Of a DNA stretch of 64,000 bases, positions 1 through 12,422 are shown piece by piece. The stretch is from the NCBI RefSeq assembly GCF_006345805.1, contig NC_043011.1, forward strand, positions 3,224,001 to 3,288,000, written 5' to 3'. The position numbers and the translations under genes are program-made. The notes under the pieces are model-generated. The model saw nothing but the letters and a program-made list of their open reading frames with translations, was not told the origin of the DNA and did no database searches. Each line of letters starts with the position of its first letter. The first letter of the stretch is position 1. The DNA is from Octopus sinensis (taxonomy: Eukaryota).

Positions 1-702
1 CTGACACCAACCCCACACAGATATCCGCACACCTCTCACATTCAACTGCCTCCCTCCACCTACACATCTGCATACTGCCTACCTTAGTACCCTCATCACA
101 AACACACCGTACACACTGTTTAACTCATTACTCCCTTCACATACCATTACACACACCCACAAACACCTTACCACTCCACACACACTAGCACCAAACACTT
201 CTCAGCACCCGCACCACACACCATTATCCACACACTCACAATATTTAACTCAGTACACACATCACACACCATCCCACACACTCCCACACCAACACTAGCA
301 TATAATGCTTGAACACAGACAATATATATATATATATATACATGCAACACACATAAATGCAGGCAACATGCATAGACAAAGATAACTTTCGCCCACAAAG
401 ATACACCATACATATGTACACTACTTGGTTACACACACAACACGCTTGCACACACACCACCTGATCAAGCACACATCAACCACTACACACACACATACAC
501 ACATGTTAGCCTCACACATATACACATGTCCATATGCAACTCACACATATACATGTGTCCATTTGTACACACACACACACACACACACACTTGCCCACAC
601 ATACGTACTAACACACTTACCCCCACTTCACACATACACACTCACACACACACCAATCTCACGCATACACACATGCTTGTGCACCTTAGTTTGTTGGGTC
701 CA

Positions 703-833
703 CTGTTATTATTATTATTATTGTTATTATTATTGTTATTATTATTGTTATTATTATTGTTATTATTATTGTTATTATTATTATTATTGTTGTTGTTATT
801 ATTATTATTGTGTTGTTGTTGTTGTTGTTGTTG

Positions 834-870
<37 letters not shown>

Positions 871-878
871 ATCATCAT
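703..878. repeat. Compound (TTA)n/(TTG)n microsatellite
   Basis: Direct observation. Confidence 0.95.
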
Positions 879-1004
879 CTCCCTTTCATTCAGCCTCCTT
901 TTCCTGCTCATCTCATCATGTTGGACCTTTGAACTCTGCACATTACATTTTTTTCTCTCACCATTTTTTTTTTTCATTCTCTCACCCTTTTTCCCCTCTT
1001 AATC

Positions 1005-1130
1005 CTTTCTGATGAAGAGCATAGGCTCAAAACATAAAAGACTTTTCCATTCTTCTTGAGCATTAAACTAATACACCTACTTCTTGCTCCTACACCTGTC
1101 TTCATCTTTTGTTTTCTGTAGATTTGAACT
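1005..1130 (+). mobile_element. PLE-type terminus with decayed minimal hammerhead (1005-1040), ending in (CA)n
   Basis: CTTT-CTGATGA-A-GAGC(ATAG)GCTC-AAAAC-ATA-AAAG with G12A and G16.2A changes at likely CpG sites; downstream ~90 bp homologous to 29721-29810 (minus). Confidence 0.65.
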
Positions 1131-2712
1131 ACACACGCACACACACACACACACACACACAGATAGATAAAATCATAATCCTATAACATGTCCTTCTCTA
1201 CGCTTGTATGGATTAGATGGATTTTTTTTAAAGCAGATTTTCTATAGCCACATCCCTTTCCTGTCGTCAATCCTCACCTGTTCCCAAGCAAGGTAGTATT
1301 TCTCCATGACCAAACACATTTTTGCAGAATACTGGAAATGAATGCCATTGCTTGTATGTCAGACACAGTCATTTTACTACTATCATGCAATATCAAGAAA
1401 AAGAGATACATACACTCACTCTCACACACATACTTATATAAATATACAAGACAGGCTTCTTTCAGTTTTCATTTGCTAAGTTTATTCACTAAGCTTTGGT
1501 CAACCTGGGGCTACAATAGAAGACACTTGCCCAAGGTGCCACACAGTGGGACTGGATGTGGAATGATATGGTTAGGAAGCAACCTTCTTACAGTTTGCTT
1601 CTACTGGAAAGAACAGATTCTGTTGTCAGGAAGTCTTTCTAATGCTAATTTGCAATATGCTTCCACATGAATGTTCATGGTTAAAAATGCAATCAGTGGC
1701 AGGGGCTTATAATGTTTTAGTGAGAAGTCTTGAAAATGAAATCTTTAAAACTGAAATCTTTCAAAAGGCATCATTAAATTGGTGTGAACAATGGATTAAC
1801 AACTCATTATATTAATTAATTAGTCCAAACTTACATCTCACGATTTCAAGTACCTCTATACAGCATAAATTACATCAGCTCTAACCCCTTAACTCTTTTA
1901 AACTGAACTGCTATCCTATACAATTATATAAAGGGAGTAAAGCAGTCGTAATTTATGATGCACGGAAGCATTTAAAATTCTAAAATCTAGGTCTAGACTA
2001 ATTAATAAATATAATGAGTTCTTGATGCATTGTTTACCCCAATTTAATGTAATCCTTTTACAAATTCCATTTAGCTCGTTATGAAATTAGATACACGCGT
2101 CTATTGACTGCGTTTCAGTTTTCACTGCTTCTGTCATTCTTCTCTCATCTTTCCATGCTTGTAGTCCTTCAACCCTTTTATCCTTTTTAAAAGTAATCGA
2201 TCCCTTTCTAGAATATTAATCATCCACGTATCTTACAGATTACCATTTCAATCTTTTAACTTTCTTGTTTAGCTATTTACTGATTCAGTACATTCTAATA
2301 ATTTTACTATATTACCATCTTATTTATATTTTATTATACATGCATACATGCATGTGCACATGCATGCTTATATACACATGTACATATAAATGAATATGTA
2401 TGTGTGTGCATGTGAATGTGCACATGTTCGTTCATATTTGTGAGGGCATGTGTGCACTCATATACAGATGTGCATACTTGCATCAATACAGACATGAACA
2501 CAAAACCATATGAGCACGTCCACACACCCACATATACAACTAAAATCTTTGCAAACACTGCTTCTTCTCACTTCCCCTCCAACAACTCAATTTCCTGTCC
2601 GCCACGTGGTTGAGTTCCTGTTCACCCTACAGTATTCTCCAACTAAATGTTGAAGACTAGCATCATGCTTAAAACTTGGAGTACCAATGAATTTGAATGA
2701 AACTGCTTTGAT

Positions 2713-2750
<38 letters not shown>

Positions 2751-2801
2751 ATACACACACACATATATATATGTTCATATATATATATATATATATATAT
2801 G

Positions 2802-2876
<75 letters not shown>

Positions 2877-2892
2877 ATATAATATATATATA

Positions 2893-3723
2893 CACAGGTT
2901 GCAGTGAATACACTATTGTCTCAATTATGCAAAAATGAAAATAACACTGACATCTCATTTTAACAGATATATTTACCAAAATTACATCAAAATATCTAGA
3001 AATACTAATCAGTAAATTTAATAAAATCACCATTGGCTTCAGCAACAACCTCCAGATGACTTTGGAATCTCTTGCAACTCTTCTGGATGGTTTCCTTGTT
3101 TAAGTTGGTGAATGCTGCCATAATCCTTGCCTTCATCATTGGTGTTACAAGGAGTTTTGTTTGTCTGTCACTCAACTGCGTCCCACACATAATAATCAAG
3201 AGGGGGGCTGCAGTCTGGGGAGTTAGGTGGCCAGATTTTAGGGGTGACACGGTTGCCACAATTATCTGACAGCTATGACTGGGTTCTCCTGTTTGATGCA
3301 GATTTCTGTTCCAAAAGATAGGGTCTTCCAGCAGTCATCCTCTTCCAGGCACTTGATGTAGGCTTCCATGCTGAGTTTGAGGGAAGATGAATGGAAGCAT
3401 AACAGCATCATCAATAGTGATCACTCCAAACACTGTGATGTTGACTGGATGTTTGATTTTTATCACTCTCAGTACATGTCTTCAGACTGACACCCAAGCA
3501 CTTTGAAATGTTGATATTGGAGCTTCAGGCATGAACGCCAAGCATTACAGCATGTTGTTACCAAATTTCTGGCAGAGTGAATTGCGTCTTGGAGCTGTTG
3601 TTCTCATATGCAGTGCCCAACTAACTCTACTATACTGTGTAGTTGACAAAATAAAGAACAAACAATGCACATGTGTGGAATCAAAAATATAAAATGGCGA
3701 CAATTTACCCATCGCTCCCTGTA
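2893..3723 (-). mobile_element. Decayed Tc1/mariner-superfamily (DD37D/maT-like) DNA transposon
   Basis: Minus strand encodes WPPNSPDCSPLDYYVWDAVER..KARIMAAFTNLNKETIQKSCKRFQSHLEVVAEANGDFI; degenerate TIRs at 2893-2920 and 3700-3723. Confidence 0.8.
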
Positions 3724-3766
3724 TTCACTGCATATTCACTGTATATATATACAAACATATATATAC

Positions 3767-3803
<37 letters not shown>

Positions 3804-3841
3804 GAAAGAAGGTTTGAAAATGCAATTTAAAAAATGTTTAT

Positions 3842-3886
3842 TTACTTTACCGGTTTCACTCTTTGGAAAAAGATTGTCAAAAGTAA
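3842..3886 (-). ncRNA. Minimal type-I hammerhead ribozyme, U3-A8 variant (inverted copy)
   Basis: Reverse complement of 4673-4717. Confidence 0.72.
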
Positions 3887-4672
3887 CATGTAGAAGTTTG
3901 GTTGCGTTAATTATTGGTTGTTACAAATTGCTACATTACATATATACAGTCTTTGGTAACAGGGACATATTAAGGACATAAAAAAGTTTAACAAGTTCCT
4001 TGAAATATTGGGCACAAAAGACTACTACATAAATAATCATTCTCAAGGACATGCTTGAAGGAGAGACAAAAAGGGTAAATTCTTTTCAGTTCCACATTAC
4101 TCCTCCTTTCCCCCAACCAAACACACCTACTGTGTCCCTTGAAATAGATAATATTCTTTTATGTTACCATGGTGGACAGGTCAGTTTTAGCTTCACTACT
4201 ATTATAATGTAAACCTTTTTGAACTCATAATATTCTGTACGTGTATACCAATATTTACTGAACTTTTTTAATAATTCCTTCTGGAAATTATCTTGAGAAT
4301 ATATAATATATTTGTTGTAATCTTTTGTGCCCATTATTTCAATGAGCTTGTTAAACTCTTTTCTATTCTCAACATGCTCTTGTCACCAAAGAATGTATAT
4401 TTATATGGATTATAGTACTCTGTGTCAACCAATATTCTGTGCATGTTTGAATATACAGATACAATACCAATACCAATATCAATTCCTTCTGGAAACTATC
4501 TTAAGCATGTCCTTGAGAATGATTATTTATGTAGTAATCTTTTGTACCCAATATTTTAAGGAACTTGTTAAACTTTTTTATGTCCTTAACATGTCCCTGT
4601 CACCAAAGACTGCATATATGTAATGTAGCAATTTGTAACAACCAATAATTAATGCAACCAAACTTCTACATG

Positions 4673-4717
4673 TTACTTTTGACAATCTTTTTCCAAAGAG
4701 TGAAACCGGTAAAGTAA
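4673..4717 (+). ncRNA. Minimal type-I hammerhead ribozyme, U3-A8 variant
   Basis: TTACTT-TTGACAA-TCTTT(TTCC)AAAGA-GT-GAAA-CCGGT-A-AAGTAA; 6-bp stem I, GUA cleavage triplet. Confidence 0.72.
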
Positions 4718-4816
4718 ATAAACATTTTTAAAATTGCATTTTCAAACCTTTCGTATATAATTCCACTCGTGCGGTACCCTACAACTCCAATTTGTTATAT
4801 ATATATATATATATAT

Positions 4817-5465
4817 GGCCTGTGCCAGGGGCGTAACCAGCCCACTTGTGCATACCTTTTCCTTCTTTGGACACTAAACTCTGCTTGCGAAGACTTGTTG
4901 AGGCAAGTGAAGTCAAAATCAAAATCAAAGTGAAATTAGATGACGGGCACGAGCACCATACGAGCGTGGTCGTTGACAGAGCGGCTAACTGGCTTCCGTG
5001 CCAGTGGCACATAAAAGGCGCCATTCGAGTGTGATCATTGCCAGCTTCGCCTTACTGGCACTTGTGCACCGTGCTAGCAGGGTGCTAAGAGCACCATCCG
5101 AGCATTATCATTCCCAGAGCGGCTAACTGGCTTCCATGCCAGTGGCATGTAGGAGGCACCATTCGAGCGGGATCGTTACCAGCATCACCTTACTGGCACC
5201 TGTGCTGTTGGCATGTGTAAAAAATTTGAGCGAGGTCATTGCCAGTACCGCCTGACTGGCCCCTGTGCCGGTGGCACATAAAAGCACCCACTGCACTCTC
5301 AGAGTGGTTGGCGTTAGGAAGGGCATCCAACTGTAGAAACTCTGCCAGATCAAGACTGGAGTCTGGTGCAGCCATCTGGTTCACCAGCCCGCAGTCAAAC
5401 CATCCAACCCAAGCTAGCATGGAAAGCGGATGTTAAACGATGATGATGATGATGATGATGATGAT
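4817..5465 (+). mobile_element. (GAT)n-tailed retroelement 3' UTR (RTE-type), copy 1 of tandem duplication
   Basis: Internal GCCAG..ACTGGC repeats; ends GCATGGAAAGCGGATGTTAAACGATGATG. Confidence 0.75.
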
Positions 5466-5613
5466 GTATATATATATCATCTTCACAAATATTTTCTCCA
5501 GAATTATTTGCTCCGTATATATTAAATATATATATATATATATGAATATATATATATATATTTATATATATTTATATATATTTATATATATTTATATATA
5601 TATATATATATAT

Positions 5614-6262
5614 GGCCTGTGCCAGGGGCGTAACCAGCCCACTTGTGCATACCTTTTCCTTCTTTGGACACTAAACTCTGCTTGCGAAGACTTGTTGAGG
5701 CAAGTGAAGTCAAAATCAAAATCAAAGTGAAATTAGATGACGGGCACGAGCACCATACGAGCGTGGTCGTTGACAGAGCGGCTAACTGGCTTCCGTGCCA
5801 GTGGCACATAAAAGGCGCCATTCGAGTGTGATCATTGCCAGCTTCGCCTTACTGGCACTTGTGCACCGTGCTAGCAGGGTGCTAAGAGCACCATCCGAGC
5901 ATTATCATTCCCAGAGCGGCTAACTGGCTTCCATGCCAGTGGCATGTAGGAGGCACCATTCGAGCGGGATCGTTACCAGCATCACCTTACTGGCACCTGT
6001 GCTGTTGGCATGTGTAAAAAATTTGAGCGAGGTCATTGCCAGTACCGCCTGACTGGCCCCTGTGCCGGTGGCACATAAAAGCACCCACTGCACTCTCAGA
6101 GTGGTTGGCGTTAGGAAGGGCATCCAACTGTAGAAACTCTGCCAGATCAAGACTGGAGTCTGGTGCAGCCATCTGGTTCACCAGCCCGCAGTCAAACCAT
6201 CCAACCCAAGCTAGCATGGAAAGCGGATGTTAAACGATGATGATGATGATGATGATGATGAT
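5614..6262 (+). mobile_element. (GAT)n-tailed retroelement, copy 2 (identical, 797 bp offset)
   Basis: Identical ORF translations at 797-bp offset (4846 vs 5643; 5239 vs 6036). Confidence 0.8.
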
Positions 6263-6383
6263 GTATATATATATCATCTTCACAAATATTTTCTCCAGAA
6301 TTATTTGCTCCGTATATATTAAATATATATATATATATTATATATATATATATGAATATATATATATATATTTTATATATATT

Positions 6384-6431
<48 letters not shown>

Positions 6432-7599
6432 GCACACATATATATATACATGTATCTATACCATACTTCATTTGAAATACTTATCAGCTAATTGTCTTAT
6501 AAATGATATAAATAATATATTATTGTGTCTCTAATAGATTATGTCTTCAATTTTCTTTCCATAGTTTATCAGTCAATTTTCTTACTAGTAATTTAAATTT
6601 TATGTCTTTCATTTCTTTCTTACTTTCAGTAAAAGATGCATTAACAGAATAAAAATAATATTATAGATTGATAGATATGAAATGTTTGTTTCAGCAGAGA
6701 GCAATTAAATTCACTAAAGTACATATGTTGAGTGATTACATTAAAAAATATAGTGCAATAAAAGCTATACTCTTTGCCATTCTCATCCCCATTAACCAAT
6801 ATACCTGACAATGACATCACTGCCACTTTAACAGCTATAACAGTTCTCCATAGAAAAGAAATGGAAAGAAAGAAAAAAACCGAGGTGACTGAAATTATAA
6901 AAATGAATTCTAAAGCTTTCAACAAATTTGCAAAAGAATCTGCCCCACAATAAAATTGTGTCTGAAGAAAAGAACTCACTAAGTGGCAGAGCCTGTGAGA
7001 ATAAGTGAAATACCAAATAAAGAACTCAAGCTGGTTTTCACTTCATCACTGGGAGATATGTAAATAAGCAAAGCCTGTAGATGAAGATAAAAAGAAGTAT
7101 GAACCATCAACATAAACAGCAACTGTTGAGATGAAGTGAATCTCAGCAATGGCCACAAATGGATTGCCAGCTATTCATTTAAAGGCTTGCAAGAAAGCTC
7201 TCACAAAACCACTGCAGGTACTCTTTCAGAGTTTCCTTCCATGTGACAAACTCACCAAAAAGTCAAAAGAATGTATAAGTATGTCCAATCCAAAGAGGAA
7301 GAATAGGAAGAGATATTATGAATTACAGGCTTTTCACTTCAAACTTACATGTTAGCCAAATCGTGGAATGCATAGTCAGAAGGAGGTTGAACACATTCTT
7401 AGAAGAAGATTTCTTGCCCGCAAACACACAACATGGCTTCTATCCAAGGAGGATTTGCTGTCACAGTTACCCCACTGTTTTGAGTGGGTATTGAAACAAC
7501 AGCTCAACCACTCAAATGTGGGTGTGATATATCCTAACCAAGACCTTCAACAAAGTTAATCATAGGATGATATGTCACAGCCAACATGGACTTGATATA

Positions 7600-7825
7600 T
7601 CTGGCAGAAACGTTAGCATGCCGGGCAAAGTGCTTAGCGGTATTTCATCTGCTGTTACGTTCTGAGTTCAAATTCTGACGAGGTTGACTTTGCCTTTCAT
7701 CCTTTCGGGGTCGATAAATTACGTACCAGTTACGCACTGGGGTCGATATAATCGACTTAATCCATTTGTCTGTTCTTGTTTGTCCTCTCTGTGTTTAGCC
7801 CCTTGTTGGTAGTAAAGAAATAGGT
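7600..7825 (+). mobile_element. SINE family B (CTGGCAGAA.CGTTAGCA..., GCCTTTCATCCTTTCGGGGTCGATAAA core)
   Basis: Matches copies at 16950 and 21548; B-box-like GAGTTCAAATTC. Confidence 0.85.
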
Positions 7826-8522
7826 ATTGCTTGAAAACTAGGATAGTGGATGCATGACATTTTTAAAAGGTAGAAGTCAGACAGTTCCAGCCAGTGGTGC
7901 TCTCTGTAAGGGGAGGAGGACATCAATTTCCAGCAGAGTCCTTCAGAGAACTGTACTGGGACCGCTACAGTTTGTAGTGGCTCTCTCAGACATGCCTCAC
8001 TCATACAGTCAGCAACTCTCACTAGATGATACAAAGCAGTCAGAGACTCTGATGACATCCTAAAACTGCAGAAAGACCTAAATGCTGTATACAAATGGGT
8101 GGATGAAAATAGCATGCAGTTCAATGCTGGAAATATTCCAGCACTCTAATTAGCCCACAAATAGATAGCAATCTGGCTTCACTGGATCAGCGGTTAGTGA
8201 ATCCCAGAGTCAATGTATGACCTGAGGATCCACATTTACAATGATTCATCATTCCATGTGCATATTACTAAGATGGCAACGCTGTGCAGGTAAGGGGTTG
8301 GATGGATTCTGAGATAATTCAGAACCAGGTAAAGGATCCCATGCTATTCTTACATTTCTCCTCAGTTACTTAGATAACTGCTCCCAACTGTGGTTGTTGC
8401 AAAGTGTCCAACTGACAGTAGAATTCAAGGCAATCCAATGCCACAACTGAAAGAAATTTTACTCCATGCAACAGATGAGTTGCTGGGAGAGACTAAAAGA
8501 ACTGAGACTCTACTTTCTAGAT

Positions 8523-8720
8523 CAGTGGTTCCCAAACTTTTTAGAGTCGCGACCCACTATCTATCACACCTGTTTATGACGACCCACTTATAAGTCTTGA
8601 ACTATCTCGATAGACAGAAGTTAATCAAAGCTAATGCATAATTTTATAACTTTTTGCGACCCACTAAGATTCCATTCGCGACCCATCTGTGGGTCACGAC
8701 TCATAGTTTGGGAACCACTG
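8523..8720. mobile_element. hAT-superfamily MITE
   Basis: Perfect 16-bp TIR CAGTGGTTCCCAAACT; 8-bp TSD TTCTAGAT/TTCTAGAG; subterminal GCGACCCA repeats. Confidence 0.9.
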
Positions 8721-9274
8721 TTCTAGAGAAAAGACATGAGATCCTGGAAGGTGTCGCTTCCAACTCTGGAGCTGAAAGTTATATCAACCACCAAACAGGA
8801 TGCCACTATATTGCACCAAAGATCTTGTCCTTGCCATCTAGAGAATGGACATAATACTGTAACAGTTTAGGTTTCAAAGACCCAAAGCTTTTCAACACTC
8901 TGCCAAACAACCTCAGAGATCTGAAAGGTGTAGATGCAGATGTTTTCAAAGATCATATGGACAAATTATTATCTGATGTCCCAGATGAACCCACATCATG
9001 GTAGAAAATGTGAAGGAGAGCAACTCTGTCCTACTCACTACTCCACTAGAAACAATTCTGGAAAGAAAGAGCTGAAGTGAGCATGAAATGAAAAGTAATC
9101 ACACTAAAGGTGATGCCCCAGCATGACCACAACCTTAGGCTAAAACCAGTAAAAGTAAAAAGTTAATAAAAAGTAAAAAGTGAACAATAATAACAACATT
9201 AATAATAATAGAAATAATAACAGTTTCAAATTTTGGTACAAGGCCAGTAATTGTGGTGAAGTAAGTAAATTGAT

Positions 9275-9665
9275 AACCTGGACGTTATCAAAGAAGCTTG
9301 AGAGGCGGTTGGATGGAACCTACACTCGCCTCCTTATGAGAGCTCAAAATCTCTCGTGGAGGTGCCATCCAACCAAAATGCAAATATATGGGAAACTACC
9401 ACCTGTGTCATCTCTTGTGAAAGGTAGGAGAGTCCAGTTTGCTGGACATTGTTGTAGAGCTGAAAACGAGGTAATCTCTACTCTTCTTCTCTGGAAGCCA
9501 TCTGCTTGCGATGCCAAAGGGCGCACACTCTCCTACCCTGATGTAATCTCCAGGGATACAGGCATCCAGCAAAAGGACCTCCGTAATGCCATGATGGACC
9601 GTGAAGTCTGGCGTAGCATGGTAAATTCCATTGTCTCGACCATGGTCGAACAATGATGATGATGA
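9275..9665 (+). mobile_element. 5'-truncated RTE-group LINE (C-terminal ORF fragment, (GAT)n tail)
   Basis: TWTLSKKLERRLDGTYTRLLMRAQNLSW...RRVQFAGHCCR...DREVWR; TSD AAGTAAATTGAT at 9263-9274 and 9666-9677. Confidence 0.88.
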
Positions 9666-9925
9666 AGTAAATTGATTATATCAAGTTGTCCAGAAAGTTC
9701 TGAGCATTTTCAAGCTGAATCTTTTGATGCTTCATTGAACACACCTGAACAGTAACACAGTTAAAACTTTGGCCTTGCCTGAAGTGGTGGTGCATTTTTT
9801 CTTTGTTCCTGACTAAAAATAGATTTATTTTTCATTCTGGTTACCCTTTATTGACATTTGAAATAGATAACCAAAAATTTCATATTCTTGTAGTAATGCT
9901 TTTCTTTTTTAAAATAAAAGAACGT

Positions 9926-10337
9926 AGGTGCAGGAGTGGCTGTGTGGTAAGTAGCCTGTCTATCAACCACATGGTTCCGGGTTCAGTCCCACTGCGTGGC
10001 ATCTTGGGCAAGTATCTTCTGCTATAGCCTCGGGCCGACCAAAGCCTTGTGAGTGGATTTGGCAGACGGAAACTGAAAGAAGCCTGTCGTATTTATGTAT
10101 ATATATATGTATATGTGTGTATATGTTTGTGTGTCTGTGTTTGTCCACCCTAGCATTGCTTGACAACCGATGCTGGCGTGTTTACGTCCCCGTCACTTAG
10201 CGGTTCGGCAAAAGAGACCGATAGAATAAGTACTGGGCTTACAAAGAATAAGTCCCGGGGTCGATTTGCTCGACTAAAGGCGGTGCTCCAGCATGGCCAC
10301 AGTCAAATGACTGAAACAAGTAAAAGAGTAAAAGAGT
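9926..10337 (+). mobile_element. SINE family A (tRNA-like head, internal TA/TG microsatellite, (GTAAAAGA)n tail)
   Basis: A-box-like TGGCTGTGTGG, B-box-like GGTTCAGTCCC; about 20 copies in window. Confidence 0.92.
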
Positions 10338-10539
10338 ATGCTGCCAAGACATTTGTGAAGTTTATGGTGAATGATGCTGTAGGTGAATCAATTGTTCGAA
10401 GGTGGTTTGCAAAATTTAAAGCTGGAGAGTTTAGTTTGGAAGATGACAGTTGCAGTGGAAGACCTTCAAAATTGGATGAAGATGTTTTGAAGGCAAAAAT
10501 CGAAGAAAACTCAAATATCATAACTAGAGAACTTGGAAG

Positions 10540-10735
10540 TTTAGCACACCAGCTGAAATGCTTAGCAGTATTTCTTCTGTCTTTACATTCTGAGTTCAAA
10601 TTCTGCCAAGGTCAACTTTGCTTTTCATCCTTTTGGGGTCGATAAATTAAGTACCAGTTTCATACTGGGGTCGATCTAATTGATCGGCTCCTTCCCCACC
10701 AAATTTCAGGCCTTATACCTTGAGTAAAAAAAGAA
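10540..10735 (+). mobile_element. SINE family B
   Basis: GAGTTCAAATTCTGCCAAGGTCAACTTTGCTTTTCATCC core. Confidence 0.8.
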
Positions 10736-11840
10736 AGTATGGATCATGAACACCTAGTGAAGCTATAATGTATGGGTCTCTCACAAACTCTCAGAAAAGA
10801 ATTGCTCGGAGCAGTATTCTGTTTGTGATATGCTTTTGAAATGGAATGAAAGCATGCCTTTTTTGAAACAATTTGTAACTGGAGATGAAAAATGAATTGT
10901 GTATGAAAACGTAGGGCAAAAAGATCCTGGAGTTTGCATAAGGATTCCATAAAACAACAACCAAAGATGACTATTCATGCCAAAAAAGATATGCTTTGTG
11001 TCTGGTGAGATCCTAAAGGCATTATTTATTATAAGCTTCTACCACAATACCATACTATTAATTCTGATGTGTACTGTCATCAGCTGGCTAATTTGAACAA
11101 AAAATCAAAGAATTGAGGCCGGAAATTGCCTACAGGTAAGGGATAGTGTTTAAACAAGACAAAGCCTAACCACACATGTCTTTGGCTACCTGAACAAAGT
11201 TACATGAGCATGACTGAAATCTCTTACCCCCTCCACCATATTCTCATGGTATTGCATCATCCAACTACTACTTGCAAGGAAAAAACTCATTGCAAAGAAA
11301 AATATTTAATGATTTAGATGGAGTTAAAATGCATCTAGATAAAATTTTTTCTTCAAAACCAGTCACATTTTATGCTGATAGAATATTTTAATTGACTGAT
11401 AGATGGGCAAAGGTTATTAATAATAATGAAAATTATTACATTGAATAAAATTTATTGAAAGGTCAATTATTTATATCCCTTTTTGCATATTAAAATGTGT
11501 TCAGAACTTTTTAGACAACCTAATATAAACTCCAATACTCAATTGGTATTTATTGGATCAATCCCAAAACGATGGAAGGTAAAGTCAAGCTCTGTGGAAT
11601 TTGAACTCAGAATGTAAAGAGCCAGAAGAAGTTCTGATAAAGGTTTCTTTTCTGATGCTCTAATGACTGTGCCACCTTGCTGCTTTTGTGAGCCTGATAA
11701 ACTAAAGTGACAGTGAAATGTTGGGATTGATATAATTTGAATGCAGAATGTCAGCAGAATTTGAACTCCAAATGTAAAGATAGACAAAATGCTACTGAGC
11801 ATTTTCCCCAGTGTGCTTAAGATTCTGTTAGCTCACTGCC

Positions 11841-11879
<39 letters not shown>

Positions 11880-12380
11880 TGGAAGTGTTATCGTGTACAT
11901 TGTTTTGTCTAGGTATAAAAGATGGGCTACAGCAAATATTCTACTCAATACCACAGATTTGCTTGTCAGTTGTTTGACCTTAACCAGTTGAGCATGTCCT
12001 TTAGTGGCTGACGACATGTGCATCTCTGATCATGAGCAGAAGTAGTGGGGGAGCATCATAGCCATGTGTTGAGAGGGATTCTTTGGGGGTTTGGATAATT
12101 CATCTCTGGAAACATGGGTGTTTTGTTCAACATCCTTAATCAACCCTTATTCAAGGACCTTTTGAGCAGGATGGATTACTCAACCAGAAGAAAATTCTAA
12201 CTGGGCCCCACCTGCAAGGTCATGTGCTGTTTATCTTGATATGAGATCACCATGTCGTGCACACATGGTTGTGATGCATGTGCCTAGTGTACCCTTATCA
12301 GACGTGTAGTCATGATGGGTATATTGGGCTTCGTATATTTTACCCCAGTGTCACTTTGATGGCACTGCTCTCTCACTCAA
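11880..12380 (+). repeat. ~500-bp insertion flanked by (AAT)n, probable retroelement 3' UTR
   Basis: GC-richer block bounded by (AAT)n on both sides. Confidence 0.4.
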
Positions 12381-12422
12381 TAATAATAATAAAGATGATG
12401 ATGATGATGATGATGATGATGA

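Larger units (their letters stand above)
3802..4796 (+). mobile_element. ORF-less, heavily truncated PLE relative with inverted arms and tail, in (TA)n
   Basis: 3802-~4057 is the reverse complement of ~4502-4755. The tail 4760-4796 (TTCCACTCGTGCGGTACCCTACAACTC) matches the tail at 51250-51280. Terminal ~100 bp is homologous to the 45311/51244 ends. Confidence 0.88.
6830..9180 (+). mobile_element. Decayed CR1/L2-group LINE (RT and 3' end), interrupted by a SINE and a hAT MITE
   Basis: Fragments LKACKKALTKPLQVLFQSF, QHGF, VLQRTVLGPLQF, DDTK, LQKDLNAVYKW..NSMQFN, PKLFNTLPNNLRDL..FKDHMDKLLSDVPDEPT; (GTAAAA)n tail. Confidence 0.8.
9684..11521 (+). mobile_element. Decayed mariner (DD34D) transposon with two nested SINEs
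   Basis: TIRs GTTGTCCAGAAAGTTCTGAGCATTTT / AAAATGTGTTCAGAACTTTTTAGACAACC; RRWFAKFKAGEFSLEDDSCSGRP, VTGDEK, MLCVW, INSDVYCHQL, PPYSHGIASSNY. Confidence 0.92.

Noticed and set aside
168-1156. Long ORFs rich in H/T/Y/I/C/V, here and throughout the ORF track (e.g. 19685-20294, 27204-27658, 35453-36309, 45820-47162, 49197-50737)
   Set aside because: Translations of di-, tri- and tetranucleotide microsatellites.
9963-10645. Recurrent small ORFs such as MSSNARGTNTD.., MLGGQTQT.., MTTDAGVF..
   Set aside because: Translations of SINE A copies, not genes.
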